Positions 18,726-28,255 of a DNA stretch of 57,082 bases are shown here, one piece after another. This stretch comes from an uncultured Candidatus Saccharibacteria bacterium. Lineage in GTDB: Bacteria; Patescibacteriota; Minisyncoccia; UBA6257; GWB1-50-10. Position numbers and translations under genes: made by a program. The DNA lies in assembly GCA_964366055.1 (NCBI GenBank), contig CAYISE010000001.1, positions 1 through 57,082 on the forward strand. The letters run 5' to 3'. Position 1 is the first letter of the stretch, and every line of letters starts with the position of its first letter. Under the pieces are notes generated by a model, which saw nothing but the letters and a program-made list of their open reading frames with translations, searched no databases and was not told the origin of the DNA.

Positions 18726-19466
18726 TTATCTTATCCTCTTCAAAAACCCATCGGGGGCGACTGTTATAAGCAATTTATTTCCCATCTCTTCATCAACCGC
18801 AAAATTCTTATGCTCCCTAAGAAACTTTTTGACGGCTGTTAGTGGGCTATTACCCTTGTCCCAGGGCCGATTTTTATTGCTGCCTTTCGGCATATATTCT
18901 ACGAGGGTATCAAAAGCCACTATATAACTTCCTTTGGAAACCAATGGGGAGTAAAGTTCGAGCTCGCGCAAAACATGTGTACCAGAATGATTTGAATCCA
19001 AAAATATCAAGATTTTTTTCTTGCCTTTGGCGATTTTTTTTACCCGGCTGATGATTTCCGGTGCAACCGAAGAACCCTCAATCATCTTTATCCTTTCGAA
19101 CATCCGGTGCTTCTCTATTTCGCGCCGATTGTGTTTTCTAATATCTATATCAATTCCCAATACTTCTCCTTTACCGCCTATCAATTCCAAAATCGAAGCG
19201 GATAGGATTATGGAACCGCCATGGGCAATCCCAGTTTCAATCACCAGATCTGGCTTAACACTCCAAATTAGCTCCTGCATCGCCATGATATCCTGCGGAT
19301 ATTGAATTATCGGCCGGCCCAGCCAAGTGAAATTGTACATATATCGGCTGAGCGCGGCTTTAATCGAAAAATCCATAGCACTCGCCTTTAGTTTCTTGTT
19401 CTTTCCCTGCCGAACGATATTTTGTCTGACTTCCTCTTTAAATTGTTCTATAGGATTATTTTTCAT
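18726..19466 (-). CDS. CmcI/cephalosporin-hydroxylase-family methyltransferase (sugar O-methyltransferase-like)
   Basis: 246 aa. WLGRPIIQYPQDIMAMQELIW..KPDLVIETGIAHGGS is the characteristic CmcI-family signature. Confidence 0.75.
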   Translation of the reverse strand: MKNNPIEQFKEEVRQNIVRQGKNKKLKASAMDFSIKAALSRYMYNFTWLGRPIIQYPQDIMAMQELIWSVKPDLVIETGIAHGGSIILSASILELIGGKGEVLGIDIDIRKHNRREIEKHRMFERIKMIEGSSVAPEIISRVKKIAKGKKKILIFLDSNHSGTHVLRELELYSPLVSKGSYIVAFDTLVEYMPKGSNKNRPWDKGNSPLTAVKKFLREHKNFAVDEEMGNKLLITVAPDGFLKRIR

Positions 19467-20416
19467 GACTTTAACCGATTGATGATTTCTTCTTCTTTTA
19501 TCTCAAAAACATCCGATGTCGGGTGAAGCCAGTCATCGCCCAATCGGCGCTTTATGACTACCTTTTTATCCAGCGGCATGCCGGCCAATTCGGCCAAAAG
19601 TGCGTCGGCGGCCACATGAGCGCTCTTACTGTCATCCATGACGACAATCTTCTTGGTTTTTTTAACACTTTCAATTATGGGCAACCAATCGGTCGCAAGC
19701 GCTGAATTAACGTTGAAATGCGCCGTATTTACCTTTCGCTCATTAAGCGTGGAATTTAGCTTATGAGCTTGAGGGAATGAAAAATTGAAAGAAACGAGCG
19801 TGGCACTATCCCCTTCCGAATATTGAAAGATCGCTCCGTCTCCGAATACCTTGATAGGTTTGCCCGGGTCAATAATCTCGGTCTTCCCGAGCCGCTGGCT
19901 TACTCCGATGATCCTGAAACCCGGCTGAACCAGATATTTATTGAAAATATATTCCGCATCTTCTTTATTCGTAACCGCAAACCCCGGAATTCTCGCGACC
20001 GAACAAAAATCGGCGAAATTATTCAGGGCGGACTGGGGACCCTCATAACCGCTATCCACGACTGTCGCCACTATCGTGAAAGAACCTTCCTTCGGCTGAT
20101 GCCCCATATTTCGGATTATATTGTAGGTATTCACCAACTGGTCTATGCCCAGAAGAAGAAAATCCATTTGTTTCATGAAGAAAACGCCGGAGGCGCCGTT
20201 CAACATCAGACCGAAACCGAAACCGACCAAACTATTCTCGGCATTCGTGGAATTAATGATCCGTCCACCCGACTGAACAGCAAGACCCTTCGTAAGTCCG
20301 CCAATGCAAGAGCCGGCGTTAATATTCTGCCCGAAGAGCACGGCATGCTTGGGTTTTAAAACCTCTTCTTTTATCAAGCTGTTGACGTGTTCAATATATT
20401 TCATTGCGAAGTTCAC
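19463..20416 (-). CDS. ThDP-dependent 2-oxoacid dehydrogenase E1 component, beta-subunit-like (transketolase Pyr and C domains)
   Basis: 317 aa. NAENSLVGFGFGLMLNGASGVFFMKQMDFLLLGIDQLVN resembles the E1-beta pyrimidine-binding domain. Translationally coupled to the alpha subunit. Confidence 0.7.
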   Translation of the reverse strand: MNFAMKYIEHVNSLIKEEVLKPKHAVLFGQNINAGSCIGGLTKGLAVQSGGRIINSTNAENSLVGFGFGLMLNGASGVFFMKQMDFLLLGIDQLVNTYNIIRNMGHQPKEGSFTIVATVVDSGYEGPQSALNNFADFCSVARIPGFAVTNKEDAEYIFNKYLVQPGFRIIGVSQRLGKTEIIDPGKPIKVFGDGAIFQYSEGDSATLVSFNFSFPQAHKLNSTLNERKVNTAHFNVNSALATDWLPIIESVKKTKKIVVMDDSKSAHVAADALLAELAGMPLDKKVVIKRRLGDDWLHPTSDVFEIKEEEIINRLKS

Positions 20417-21299
20417 TCATTACCGTTTGGGACAATTTTCCAAATTCATCCGAACCGATCTCCTGTTTTATCACGAAGACCGGATCGTCTTCGTTCTCCC
20501 TGAGGATCACCTTCGCCATATCCACAGTCGGGGCCGGGCCAGCGTGATAATTGATGTATCTTCCGTCGTCGGCTCTCCTATCGCCGAGGGTTTTCACGGT
20601 TATTTCAACACAAGCCGGATCGTCGCTTCTTAACGCTTCTCCCTTTATCCCTTTCAGCATTTCTATGTATTTATGGCAATGATTTCCATCAAGCTTGAAA
20701 TAGGAAATATTGACCGAGCCGGCCATCTGTTTCAGATCTATATTACATCTCCTTTCCGAAATGCTCGTGCCCAAAGACCACTCGTTATTTTCTATCATGA
20801 AGACCAGTCTTAATCCCAATGTCTTCGCCAAAACAAGGCTTTCATAGAAGCTCCCTTCTTCCATTGAGCCATCACCGCCAAAAACGAAAACCACGCCTTT
20901 TTTTTCTTTCATCTTCTCGGCCATAGCAATGCCGGATGCGACGGGAAAATTATTTCCCAAAATGCTGGAGCTATAGATGACGTGGCGCGCCGGATCAATG
21001 AGATTCATTGAACCCAATCTCCCGCCGGCAAGACCGGTGGATCTCAAAAGATACTCGTCCAGAATCGGTCGCAATTTTCCGAGCTGGGCGAGATTATAGG
21101 CCATATTCCGGTGCGACAATATCAGCTTATCTTCGCCAGCAAGAATATGATTCATCGCCGCGGCAATCGCTTCATGGCCAAGAGCCAAATGAACCGGGAT
21201 CTTGAACTTCCCGGCCTTATACTCCTCGTTTATGAGGAGTTGGCTTATCCTAAGCCGTAGGATTTCCTCCGCTATTTTCGTGTCTTTTAGATCGGCCAT
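20391..21299 (-). CDS. ThDP-dependent 2-oxoacid dehydrogenase E1 component, alpha-subunit-like
   Basis: 302 aa. HLALGHEAIA..., SHRNMAYNL, and the ThDP motif GDGSMEEGSFYESLVLAKTLGLRLVFMIENN (GDG-X26-NN). Confidence 0.75.
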   Translation of the reverse strand: MADLKDTKIAEEILRLRISQLLINEEYKAGKFKIPVHLALGHEAIAAAMNHILAGEDKLILSHRNMAYNLAQLGKLRPILDEYLLRSTGLAGGRLGSMNLIDPARHVIYSSSILGNNFPVASGIAMAEKMKEKKGVVFVFGGDGSMEEGSFYESLVLAKTLGLRLVFMIENNEWSLGTSISERRCNIDLKQMAGSVNISYFKLDGNHCHKYIEMLKGIKGEALRSDDPACVEITVKTLGDRRADDGRYINYHAGPAPTVDMAKVILRENEDDPVFVIKQEIGSDEFGKLSQTVMSELRNEIY

Positions 21300-21362
21300 T
21301 TACCAACTCATCTTCTCATAAAAAACTAGTGTCCGCAACGCTAGCGTGCTAGTATTTTAAAA

Positions 21363-21839
21363 ATGGAAATACCTCAATTATCCAAGAAAGAAATAGATGA
21401 GTGTTTGCTACGAGCCGAAGATTCAGGAAGGCGCCGCTACGCAAAAATCTTGCATAAGCCCGGCGATGAATTGAATCGGGCCTTCAATTTTATGCTACCG
21501 GATTCGTATATGCGTCCCCACTATCATCCAAGCGAGGAGAAAATAGAAAACATAAAAATCGTAGATGGAAAAATAGCGGTGGTTTTTTTTGACGACAAGG
21601 GAAGCGTGAAGGAAACGTTTATCTTGGAGTTGGACGGAAAAATGGAGATTGATGTGCCCGCTTTCGTCTGGCACACCTACGTCATTCTCTCCGATTACGC
21701 CATCACCTACGAGACGATGATGGGCGTCTATGACCCAAAAACCTATAAAAATTTCGCGGAGCAATGGGCGCCCGCCGAAAACACACCCGAAAGCGTCAGA
21801 TATTTGGAACTTCTGAAGGAAAGGACGGCCGCTCTTTGA
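21363..21839 (+). CDS. WbuC-family cupin-fold protein
   Basis: 158 aa. RRRYAKILHKPGDELNRAFNFMLPDSYMRPHYHP...IVDGKIAVVFFDDKG matches my memory of WbuC-like cupins found in O-antigen loci. Confidence 0.65.
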   Translation: MEIPQLSKKEIDECLLRAEDSGRRRYAKILHKPGDELNRAFNFMLPDSYMRPHYHPSEEKIENIKIVDGKIAVVFFDDKGSVKETFILELDGKMEIDVPAFVWHTYVILSDYAITYETMMGVYDPKTYKNFAEQWAPAENTPESVRYLELLKERTAAL

Positions 21840-22902
21840 GCCAGCGCAAATCGTCGGAAAGATATTGGTTTTCGTGAAGATACTCAAGTTGTTGAAGACG
21901 ATAAAAACCTTTATTTTTGAACATCTCCCGATTCATTGAGATTCTTTGGAAAAGCGCCACCATCTCCTTCATGCCCCGTTCAACACTCCATTCGCATTTG
22001 AAACCGGGGAATACTTCTTTTATCTTCGCGAACGAAACCTTGTAGGTGCGCGTATCCACGCCCCCTTTTACTTTGCGGTCGCGAATAAGGCCTTCTTTGT
22101 CCAAATCCGGATTCTCGTTCAAGAATTTAACTTCGCATCCAGGCACCGCTCCCGCTGCGATCTTCGCAAGTTGGATCACTTGGAGATTATTGGCTTCGTC
22201 TCCCACATTCAATACCAACAACTCACCGCCATTATAATCCAGCTCAATGGCGCGCCGGATGGCTTCGCAAAAATCCAAAATGTGCACATTCGGCCGCCAC
22301 GGCGTTCCATCCGAATTCAAAACGATGGCCTTGTCCGTGAAGGCCATCCCCGCGAACATATTGACCACCACATCAAATCGCAGGCGGGGCGACGAACCGA
22401 AAGCCGTCGCGAAGCGCAGGGCAATCGGCGAGAAATCCTTATCGCTTATGGAACGCAAATCTTCTTCTACCTGAATCTTATTTAACGAATAGCCCGTTTG
22501 GGGATGAGTGGGCGATTCTTCGGTCAAAAAATCATCGCCGCCTATTCCGTAAACGGAACAGCTGGAGGCGAAGATGAATTTTATCCCCTTCTTTTTGCAA
22601 ATCTTCGCGATAGCCAAGCTGTAGGCCCGAGTCGGGTCATAGACGCGCGCCGCATCCAGTTTCCCGACGGGGTCGTTGGAGATTCCCGCCAGATGCACCA
22701 CGGCGTCAAAGCCGTTCAAATCCTTTTCTTCAATATCCCGGACATCTTTCAGAATCGTCTCCGTCTCAATCGGTTTATAGAGAAGGCAGTCGCGGAAAAA
22801 TCCGGTGTCGTAGCCAACGCATTTATTGCCCCGGCTCTCAAGATAAGGAGTCAGAACGCTTCCGATATAACCCAGAGAACCTGTCACCAAAACTTTTTTC
22901 AT
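21796..22902 (-). CDS. NAD-dependent epimerase/dehydratase (extended SDR)
   Basis: 368 aa. VTGSLGYIGS Rossmann loop and YSLNK (YxxxK). Confidence 0.75.
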   Translation of the reverse strand: MKKVLVTGSLGYIGSVLTPYLESRGNKCVGYDTGFFRDCLLYKPIETETILKDVRDIEEKDLNGFDAVVHLAGISNDPVGKLDAARVYDPTRAYSLAIAKICKKKGIKFIFASSCSVYGIGGDDFLTEESPTHPQTGYSLNKIQVEEDLRSISDKDFSPIALRFATAFGSSPRLRFDVVVNMFAGMAFTDKAIVLNSDGTPWRPNVHILDFCEAIRRAIELDYNGGELLVLNVGDEANNLQVIQLAKIAAGAVPGCEVKFLNENPDLDKEGLIRDRKVKGGVDTRTYKVSFAKIKEVFPGFKCEWSVERGMKEMVALFQRISMNREMFKNKGFYRLQQLEYLHENQYLSDDLRWLKERPSFPSEVPNI

Positions 22903-23750
22903 ATCTTTTTGAAATATTCTACCGTTTTTCTAACGCCTTCTTTTATGCTTGTCCGCGGCTTCCAGCCGATTTCCTTTTTTATTTTTGAAATATTGGCATA
23001 GAACCCCCGCGGACGCGCTCTTTTGAGGCACCACTTCGGCGCCGGCAAATTGAAACTCTTATAAACCTCTTTCGCCACCTCCGCCACGCTCGTGAGACGA
23101 CCCGAGCCAATATTGTAGATTACGCTCGGCTTTTTGCTTTTTTCAAGAATTTTTATAAGAGCGTCGGTAACATCATCAATATAAACGAAATCGTTGGCGC
23201 CGGATTTATTCTTCACTTCCGGCATGACTCCGTTTTTAAAACTCCGGACGAGATGCGCGATAAGAGTCCGGGGCTTCTGACCCGGACCGTAGGCAAAGAA
23301 CAATCTGACCCACAAGAATTGCATTTTGCTTTGAAGAGCGATTTGTTCCCCCATGGCCTGAATGGTTCTCTTCGCGATGACGAAATCCGGAACGTGAGCC
23401 GGCAATAAAAGAGGAGCCGATTCCTTCAGGGCGCCTTCTCCGTCGCCGTACTCCCAGCAACTCCCGACCGAAAGGAATTTTTTGCACCCGAGCTCGGCGG
23501 CCGCGGAAATGATGTTCAAACTGTTCGTCATATTTCTCAAACTCACAGCGGCCGTGAAATCGTATTGCTCAAGCCCCTCCCAAGCCAAGTGAATCACGGC
23601 ATCCGGCCGGAATTTTTTGAGCTCTTTCTTCCAGACATCAATGTCTTTTAAATCCCCCTTCAGAAAAAGCAGTTTGTGCTTGCGCGCGATAAGCTTCGGC
23701 GCCAAATGCGAACCGATGAAACCGCTTCCGCCGGTAATAAAAATTCTCAT
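22899..23750 (-). CDS. NAD(P)-dependent epimerase/reductase (SDR)
   Basis: 283 aa. ITGGSGFIGSHL, with a 4-nt overlap to the downstream SDR. Confidence 0.75.
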   Translation of the reverse strand: MRIFITGGSGFIGSHLAPKLIARKHKLLFLKGDLKDIDVWKKELKKFRPDAVIHLAWEGLEQYDFTAAVSLRNMTNSLNIISAAAELGCKKFLSVGSCWEYGDGEGALKESAPLLLPAHVPDFVIAKRTIQAMGEQIALQSKMQFLWVRLFFAYGPGQKPRTLIAHLVRSFKNGVMPEVKNKSGANDFVYIDDVTDALIKILEKSKKPSVIYNIGSGRLTSVAEVAKEVYKSFNLPAPKWCLKRARPRGFYANISKIKKEIGWKPRTSIKEGVRKTVEYFKKI

Positions 23751-25267
23751 TGTTCAGAGGAACAATCGTACACGCCGAAAGCGTAGCCGGGCGTGGTATT
23801 AGCGAGAGGAATGCCGAAAATAACGGGTTTCTTGCGGATGAAAAAGTCCTTCACAGCGCGGCAGTAAAACAGTTCAGCCGGTAATTCAGTCCAGCCGTTT
23901 ACTCCCTCCCTCATAATAATGGTGGTGGTCGGATATTTAACGTCTTCGTAATCGCCATAGAGATACATCCGGCCATAATTCTCGGAAATAGGCCAAATAG
24001 TTCCGTCAACGCCGATCCGTTGGTTCGGGTCTAAAGGCAACTGTTGAAAGGCGGCCCGAGCGCGCTCCAAAGACATACCCGATTTAATGAAGAACGGGAA
24101 CAACGCCAACCGATAGAAAAAAACCAGGGAACTCAAAACTATCGCCAGGAGGGCGACATATTTTAATACTTTTGAACGCGCCAGAAACGCGGGGTAATAA
24201 GCGATAATCAAAATCCACAGCGGCGTCAGCGCGAAGACATAAGAAAGGTTCTGCTTGTACACGAGCAATAGAAAGAGGAGACCGGCCGTGAGAAGGCCGA
24301 ATAAATAAAAAAGAAGGGGCGCCGCGATTCTATTTTTAAAACGCCGATAAAATAATAATGAACATGCGAGAGAGAATGTAATAATCAATCCCTGAAAAGC
24401 AGCGCTCCCGGAAACGGTGAGATTGGAGATAATTTTGATAAGAAAGTCCTTAGTGATTGAAAACGGCTGGATAATGACCGGCGGTTGGCCGCTCGCCAGA
24501 TACCCCGCCGGACTCAAACCGGAATTGAGACGAGAGAACTGATGGAATACGCCCTGCGCGGTCGGCAAGAAACCATAACCGAAAATCTGCGTAATCAGAA
24601 AGAAAACAACGAGCGAAACGGCGAGGGCGAGAAACGTCAGGCCGAGGGCTTTTTTCATCGGATGATAGAAGGCGAAAAAGACGCCGATGAGAGGCGCGAA
24701 AAGAATAGCCGGCCCGGGATGAGTGGCGAGGTTTAAGCCAAGAACCGCGCCCAAAAGAAGCCACAACCAATTTTTATGGGGATAGAGCAATCCAAAAAGC
24801 GCTAATGTCATTAATAATCTGGCAAGCGTTTCGGGCCGGCCGGGATAGAAAATGGTGATGGCGGCGAGAGAAAATAAAGAAAACGCGTAAATAACGATAC
24901 GGTGCCAGCCGGCTTGTTCCCAATCGGGAATCAGCAACTTCTTATAAGCGAAGGCGGCCAAAAGAATGGTGGCGGCATAAAGTGTGAAGAGCGCCAGATG
25001 CGCGCCCTGCGGAGTCCCGGCGGGCATGAGCCAACTAAGGACGAGGGGAAACAACGGCGGAAATACCAAAAATTTACCGGCGCCGGACGGGTCTCCGGCG
25101 AGAAACATCGGGGAGAGCTGATTTATAAGCCCGTGGCCCAACTTGTGATTTATCGCGGTGGCGGCATAATATATGGAATCACCGCTCATAACCGGATAAG
25201 CGCGCAGGGCAAAAATAAAGAGAATGACAATTATAAAAAGTGGGACGAGGTAGACCGCCATCCGCAT
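23747..25267 (-). CDS. polytopic membrane protein, candidate GT-C-like glycosyltransferase or polymerase (paralog of 16119-17618)
   Basis: 506 aa with many TM segments. It shares conserved blocks with the 499-aa protein (see that entry). It is divergently adjacent to a DPM1/Ppm1-like GT2. Confidence 0.5.
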   Translation of the reverse strand: MRMAVYLVPLFIIVILFIFALRAYPVMSGDSIYYAATAINHKLGHGLINQLSPMFLAGDPSGAGKFLVFPPLFPLVLSWLMPAGTPQGAHLALFTLYAATILLAAFAYKKLLIPDWEQAGWHRIVIYAFSLFSLAAITIFYPGRPETLARLLMTLALFGLLYPHKNWLWLLLGAVLGLNLATHPGPAILFAPLIGVFFAFYHPMKKALGLTFLALAVSLVVFFLITQIFGYGFLPTAQGVFHQFSRLNSGLSPAGYLASGQPPVIIQPFSITKDFLIKIISNLTVSGSAAFQGLIITFSLACSLLFYRRFKNRIAAPLLFYLFGLLTAGLLFLLLVYKQNLSYVFALTPLWILIIAYYPAFLARSKVLKYVALLAIVLSSLVFFYRLALFPFFIKSGMSLERARAAFQQLPLDPNQRIGVDGTIWPISENYGRMYLYGDYEDVKYPTTTIIMREGVNGWTELPAELFYCRAVKDFFIRKKPVIFGIPLANTTPGYAFGVYDCSSEQ

Positions 25268-25305
25268 GTGTTTATAGTAACACCCGGTTAAGAAAATTGA
25301 AATTT

Positions 25306-26043
25306 ATGATTAACGAAAAAAAAATTGTGATTGTGATACCCGCTTACAACGCGGCAAAAAAAATAACGACTGTGTTTGAACGCATCCCTAAAGAAATTTG
25401 GGATAAAAATTCTGCCGTCATTATCGTGAACGACGGCAGTACGGACGAAACAGGCGAAAAGATTAAAGAAATTCAAAAGCGCTGGAATACTCGAATTATC
25501 CCGATTATCAAACCGAAAAATGAGGGATATGCCCGCGCTCAAAAAACCGGTTTTGCCATGGCTCTGAACATGAATGCCGATATTGTTCCGCTCTTGCATT
25601 CGGACGGCCAGTACGCGCCAGAGATACTACCGGAGCTTCTTAAACCCCTTGAAAACGGCGATGTCGACATCGTCCAGGGATCGCGCATGATTGACAAACG
25701 CGCCGCGCTTCGCGGAGGAATGCCTTTCTACAAGTTCATCGCGAATATTTCTTTAAGCGCTCTTGAGAATCTGGTTTACGGCCTTCATTTCGCCGAATAT
25801 CACTCGGGCTACATGCTTTACTCCCGAAAAGCGCTTGAAACCGTTCCCTTTGAAAAACTCTCGGATACGTTTCACTTTGACGGCGAGATGCTTTTGGTGG
25901 GGGCAAAGAAAGGTTTGCGGGTAAAGGAAATTCCAATTTCCACGACATATGCCGATGAAGTGAGCCATCTTAAGCCGATTCAATATGGATTTCACGTTCT
26001 TGGTATCATGATAAAATACTTGCTTGGAAAATATAATTTTTAA
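25306..26043 (+). CDS. family 2 glycosyltransferase, polyprenyl-phosphate sugar synthase-like (DPM1/Ppm1/ArnC-like)
   Basis: MINEKKIVIVIPAYNAAKKI...VNDGSTDET...HSDGQY. The track start at 25240 is a GTG that overlaps the divergent gene. The ATG at 25306 fits the canonical GT2 N-terminus. Confidence 0.7.
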   Translation: MINEKKIVIVIPAYNAAKKITTVFERIPKEIWDKNSAVIIVNDGSTDETGEKIKEIQKRWNTRIIPIIKPKNEGYARAQKTGFAMALNMNADIVPLLHSDGQYAPEILPELLKPLENGDVDIVQGSRMIDKRAALRGGMPFYKFIANISLSALENLVYGLHFAEYHSGYMLYSRKALETVPFEKLSDTFHFDGEMLLVGAKKGLRVKEIPISTTYADEVSHLKPIQYGFHVLGIMIKYLLGKYNF

Positions 26044-26058
26044 TATATTCTATAAACC

Positions 26059-27072
26059 ATGAGTTCAAGAGTATTCATAACAGGCGTGGCCGGTTTTCTT
26101 GGGAGCCATCTGGCAGACAGATTGCTTCGGGACGGGCATGAAATTATAGGCATTGATAATTTTCTCGGCGGACACGAAGACAATATTCCGAAGGGTGTCC
26201 AATTTCATAAAATAGACGCGCGAGACCTTGAAAAATTAAAACCCCTCATGAAAGGGGTGGAAGTGGTATATCACTGCGCCGCCGCGCCGCACGAAGGGCT
26301 GTCGGTATTTTCTCCGGATCTCGTGACTCAACATACCTATAATTCCTCAATTGCAACATTAACGGCTTCAATCGTAAACAACGTGAAGCGGTTTGTATTT
26401 TGTTCAAGCATGGCACGCTACGGCAAACAGGAACGGCTTCCTTTCACGGAAGATATGCCTCCCAGACCTCAAGACCCCTATGGAATCGCCAAGTACGCTT
26501 CGGAACTCACAATTGAGAGCTTATGCGACGCGCACGGCATGGAATACGCAATCGCGATCCCCCACAATATCATCGGTCCGAGACAAAAATATGACGACCC
26601 GTTCCGAAACGTCGCCTCCATCATGGCCAATTTGATGCTTCAGGGAAGACAACCGATTATTTATGGTAACGGCGAACAGAAACGAGGGTTCTCGTACGTG
26701 CAAGATGTAACCGAACCATTGGTAAAAATGGGGTTCGACAAAGTAGCCGTGGGCGAGGCAATTAATATCGGGCCGGATGAGGAATTCACCACGATTAATG
26801 AATTGGCGCGCCGACTGGCTTCCATTATCGGATTCAAAGAATTACAACCGATTTACCACAACCCCCGGCCGCTCGAGGTAAAATTTGCTACATGTTCCGC
26901 GGATAAAGCGCGAAAACTTTTGGGATACAAGACAACATATAGCTTGGATGATGCGCTCACAGAGACAGTTGAATGGATTCGCAGGCGCGGACCAAAGCCC
27001 TTTATATATCATCTTCCCCTGGAGATTATCAATAAGCATACCCCAAGCACCTGGAAAGACCGCCTTTTTTGA
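26059..27072 (+). CDS. NAD-dependent NDP-sugar dehydratase/epimerase (extended SDR)
   Basis: 337 aa. TGVAGFLGSHL and YGIAK (YxxxK). Confidence 0.8.
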   Translation: MSSRVFITGVAGFLGSHLADRLLRDGHEIIGIDNFLGGHEDNIPKGVQFHKIDARDLEKLKPLMKGVEVVYHCAAAPHEGLSVFSPDLVTQHTYNSSIATLTASIVNNVKRFVFCSSMARYGKQERLPFTEDMPPRPQDPYGIAKYASELTIESLCDAHGMEYAIAIPHNIIGPRQKYDDPFRNVASIMANLMLQGRQPIIYGNGEQKRGFSYVQDVTEPLVKMGFDKVAVGEAINIGPDEEFTTINELARRLASIIGFKELQPIYHNPRPLEVKFATCSADKARKLLGYKTTYSLDDALTETVEWIRRRGPKPFIYHLPLEIINKHTPSTWKDRLF

Positions 27073-27082
27073 TACCGGCCTT

Positions 27083-27808
27083 CTACGATTCTCTGATAAT
27101 CATCTTTCTGGCGAAAGCGGACAAATGCGCCGGATGAGTGATGGTGTCCGGCGCTTTATCTGTTTTCCAAGCCACCAGTTGATTTCTTGCCGCCAGGTCG
27201 GGAAGGGTTGCTTTGTTTAAATTGAAATTATCCTTCTCCGGCATAAAATTAACAATATCCCGACTCATAATAAAAACGCCCACCTCCGTCCAATTGAATT
27301 TGGGGTCATTGGCCTCGGGGCCGTATACATAACTCAAAACATTATTTTTATCATCCACCCAGACATTGCGTTTGCTCTCTCCGCCGCCGCAAACCGCCAT
27401 CAGCCCTGATTTGCCGGAAGAAAAGTAAAATTCGCTCATCTTCGGCAAATTCAAAGCGGGCCAATAAACATCGCCGTACATCAGAAGGAATTCCGGAGCC
27501 AGAAGATTTTTCGCGTTCCTCACGCGGGCGCCGGTTTCATCTTCAATTTTGCCGACGTGATGTTTAATCCTTAAACCGAAACGGCGGCCGTCGCCAAAGT
27601 GTTCAATGAACTTTTCCGGAAGATAGCCCAGGAGCAGAACAATTTCTTCTATGCCATTTTTCTTCAAGGGGTCAAAAACATATTCAAGAAACGGGCGGCC
27701 ATTCACCAATACCATCAGTTTCGGCCGGTCATCAGTAAAGGGCCGAAGGCGCATTCCCCGACCGCCCGCTAAAATCACGGCTTGCTTAATTTTTTTGTTG
27801 CCATTCAT
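27083..27808 (-). CDS. sugar-1-phosphate nucleotidyltransferase
   Basis: 241 aa. AVILAGGRGMRLRPFTDDRPK matches the LAGG.G.RL.P.T..PK pyrophosphorylase signature. Confidence 0.8.
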   Translation of the reverse strand: MNGNKKIKQAVILAGGRGMRLRPFTDDRPKLMVLVNGRPFLEYVFDPLKKNGIEEIVLLLGYLPEKFIEHFGDGRRFGLRIKHHVGKIEDETGARVRNAKNLLAPEFLLMYGDVYWPALNLPKMSEFYFSSGKSGLMAVCGGGESKRNVWVDDKNNVLSYVYGPEANDPKFNWTEVGVFIMSRDIVNFMPEKDNFNLNKATLPDLAARNQLVAWKTDKAPDTITHPAHLSAFARKMIIRES

Positions 27809-27832
27809 CGTAAATTATTATAAAATCGCATT

Positions 27833-28255
27833 ATGAGAATAAAAAAAATCAGCCCGGAATGCAACTTGGCGACCGTCCGGGACGGTCGCGGGGGTATTTT
27901 TACGTTTTACCCCGAAAAACCAATTGTTGAATTTAATTTCGTATTTGTTAATAAGGGCAAAATAAGAGGCAATCATTATCATCCGGAATTTGATGAATAT
28001 TATTTAATCACCTCCGGCCAGGGCGTGATAGTAACAAAATCCGAGGACGGCAAGGAAGAATTTCTTTATGTTGGCACGGGGGACTGCCTGTATCTGCCTC
28101 AAGGCGCGCCCCATGTTTTTTACGGCATTACTGACTGCACCATGGTCTCCTTTTTGGCTAAAAGGTGGAACGATTGCGCCGCGCCTATTGTTCACGAAAA
28201 CCTGGGTATGGGCGCCGGCGACCACGGCGACCCCAACTATACGGGAATCAATTAG
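27833..28255 (+). CDS. cupin-domain protein (sugar isomerase/epimerase-like, CapF C-terminal-like)
   Basis: 140 aa. KIRGNHYHPEFDEYYLITSGQGVIV is a cupin metal-binding motif. Confidence 0.5.
   Translation: MRIKKISPECNLATVRDGRGGIFTFYPEKPIVEFNFVFVNKGKIRGNHYHPEFDEYYLITSGQGVIVTKSEDGKEEFLYVGTGDCLYLPQGAPHVFYGITDCTMVSFLAKRWNDCAAPIVHENLGMGAGDHGDPNYTGIN

Noticed and set aside
19463-21299. E1 alpha/beta pair interpreted as a central-metabolism pyruvate, branched-chain or acetoin dehydrogenase
   Set aside because: No E2, E3 or lipoyl-domain genes are adjacent, and the pair is coupled to a CmcI methyltransferase inside a sugar cluster. A sugar-modifying role seems more likely, but this stays a hypothesis until the rest of the genome is checked.
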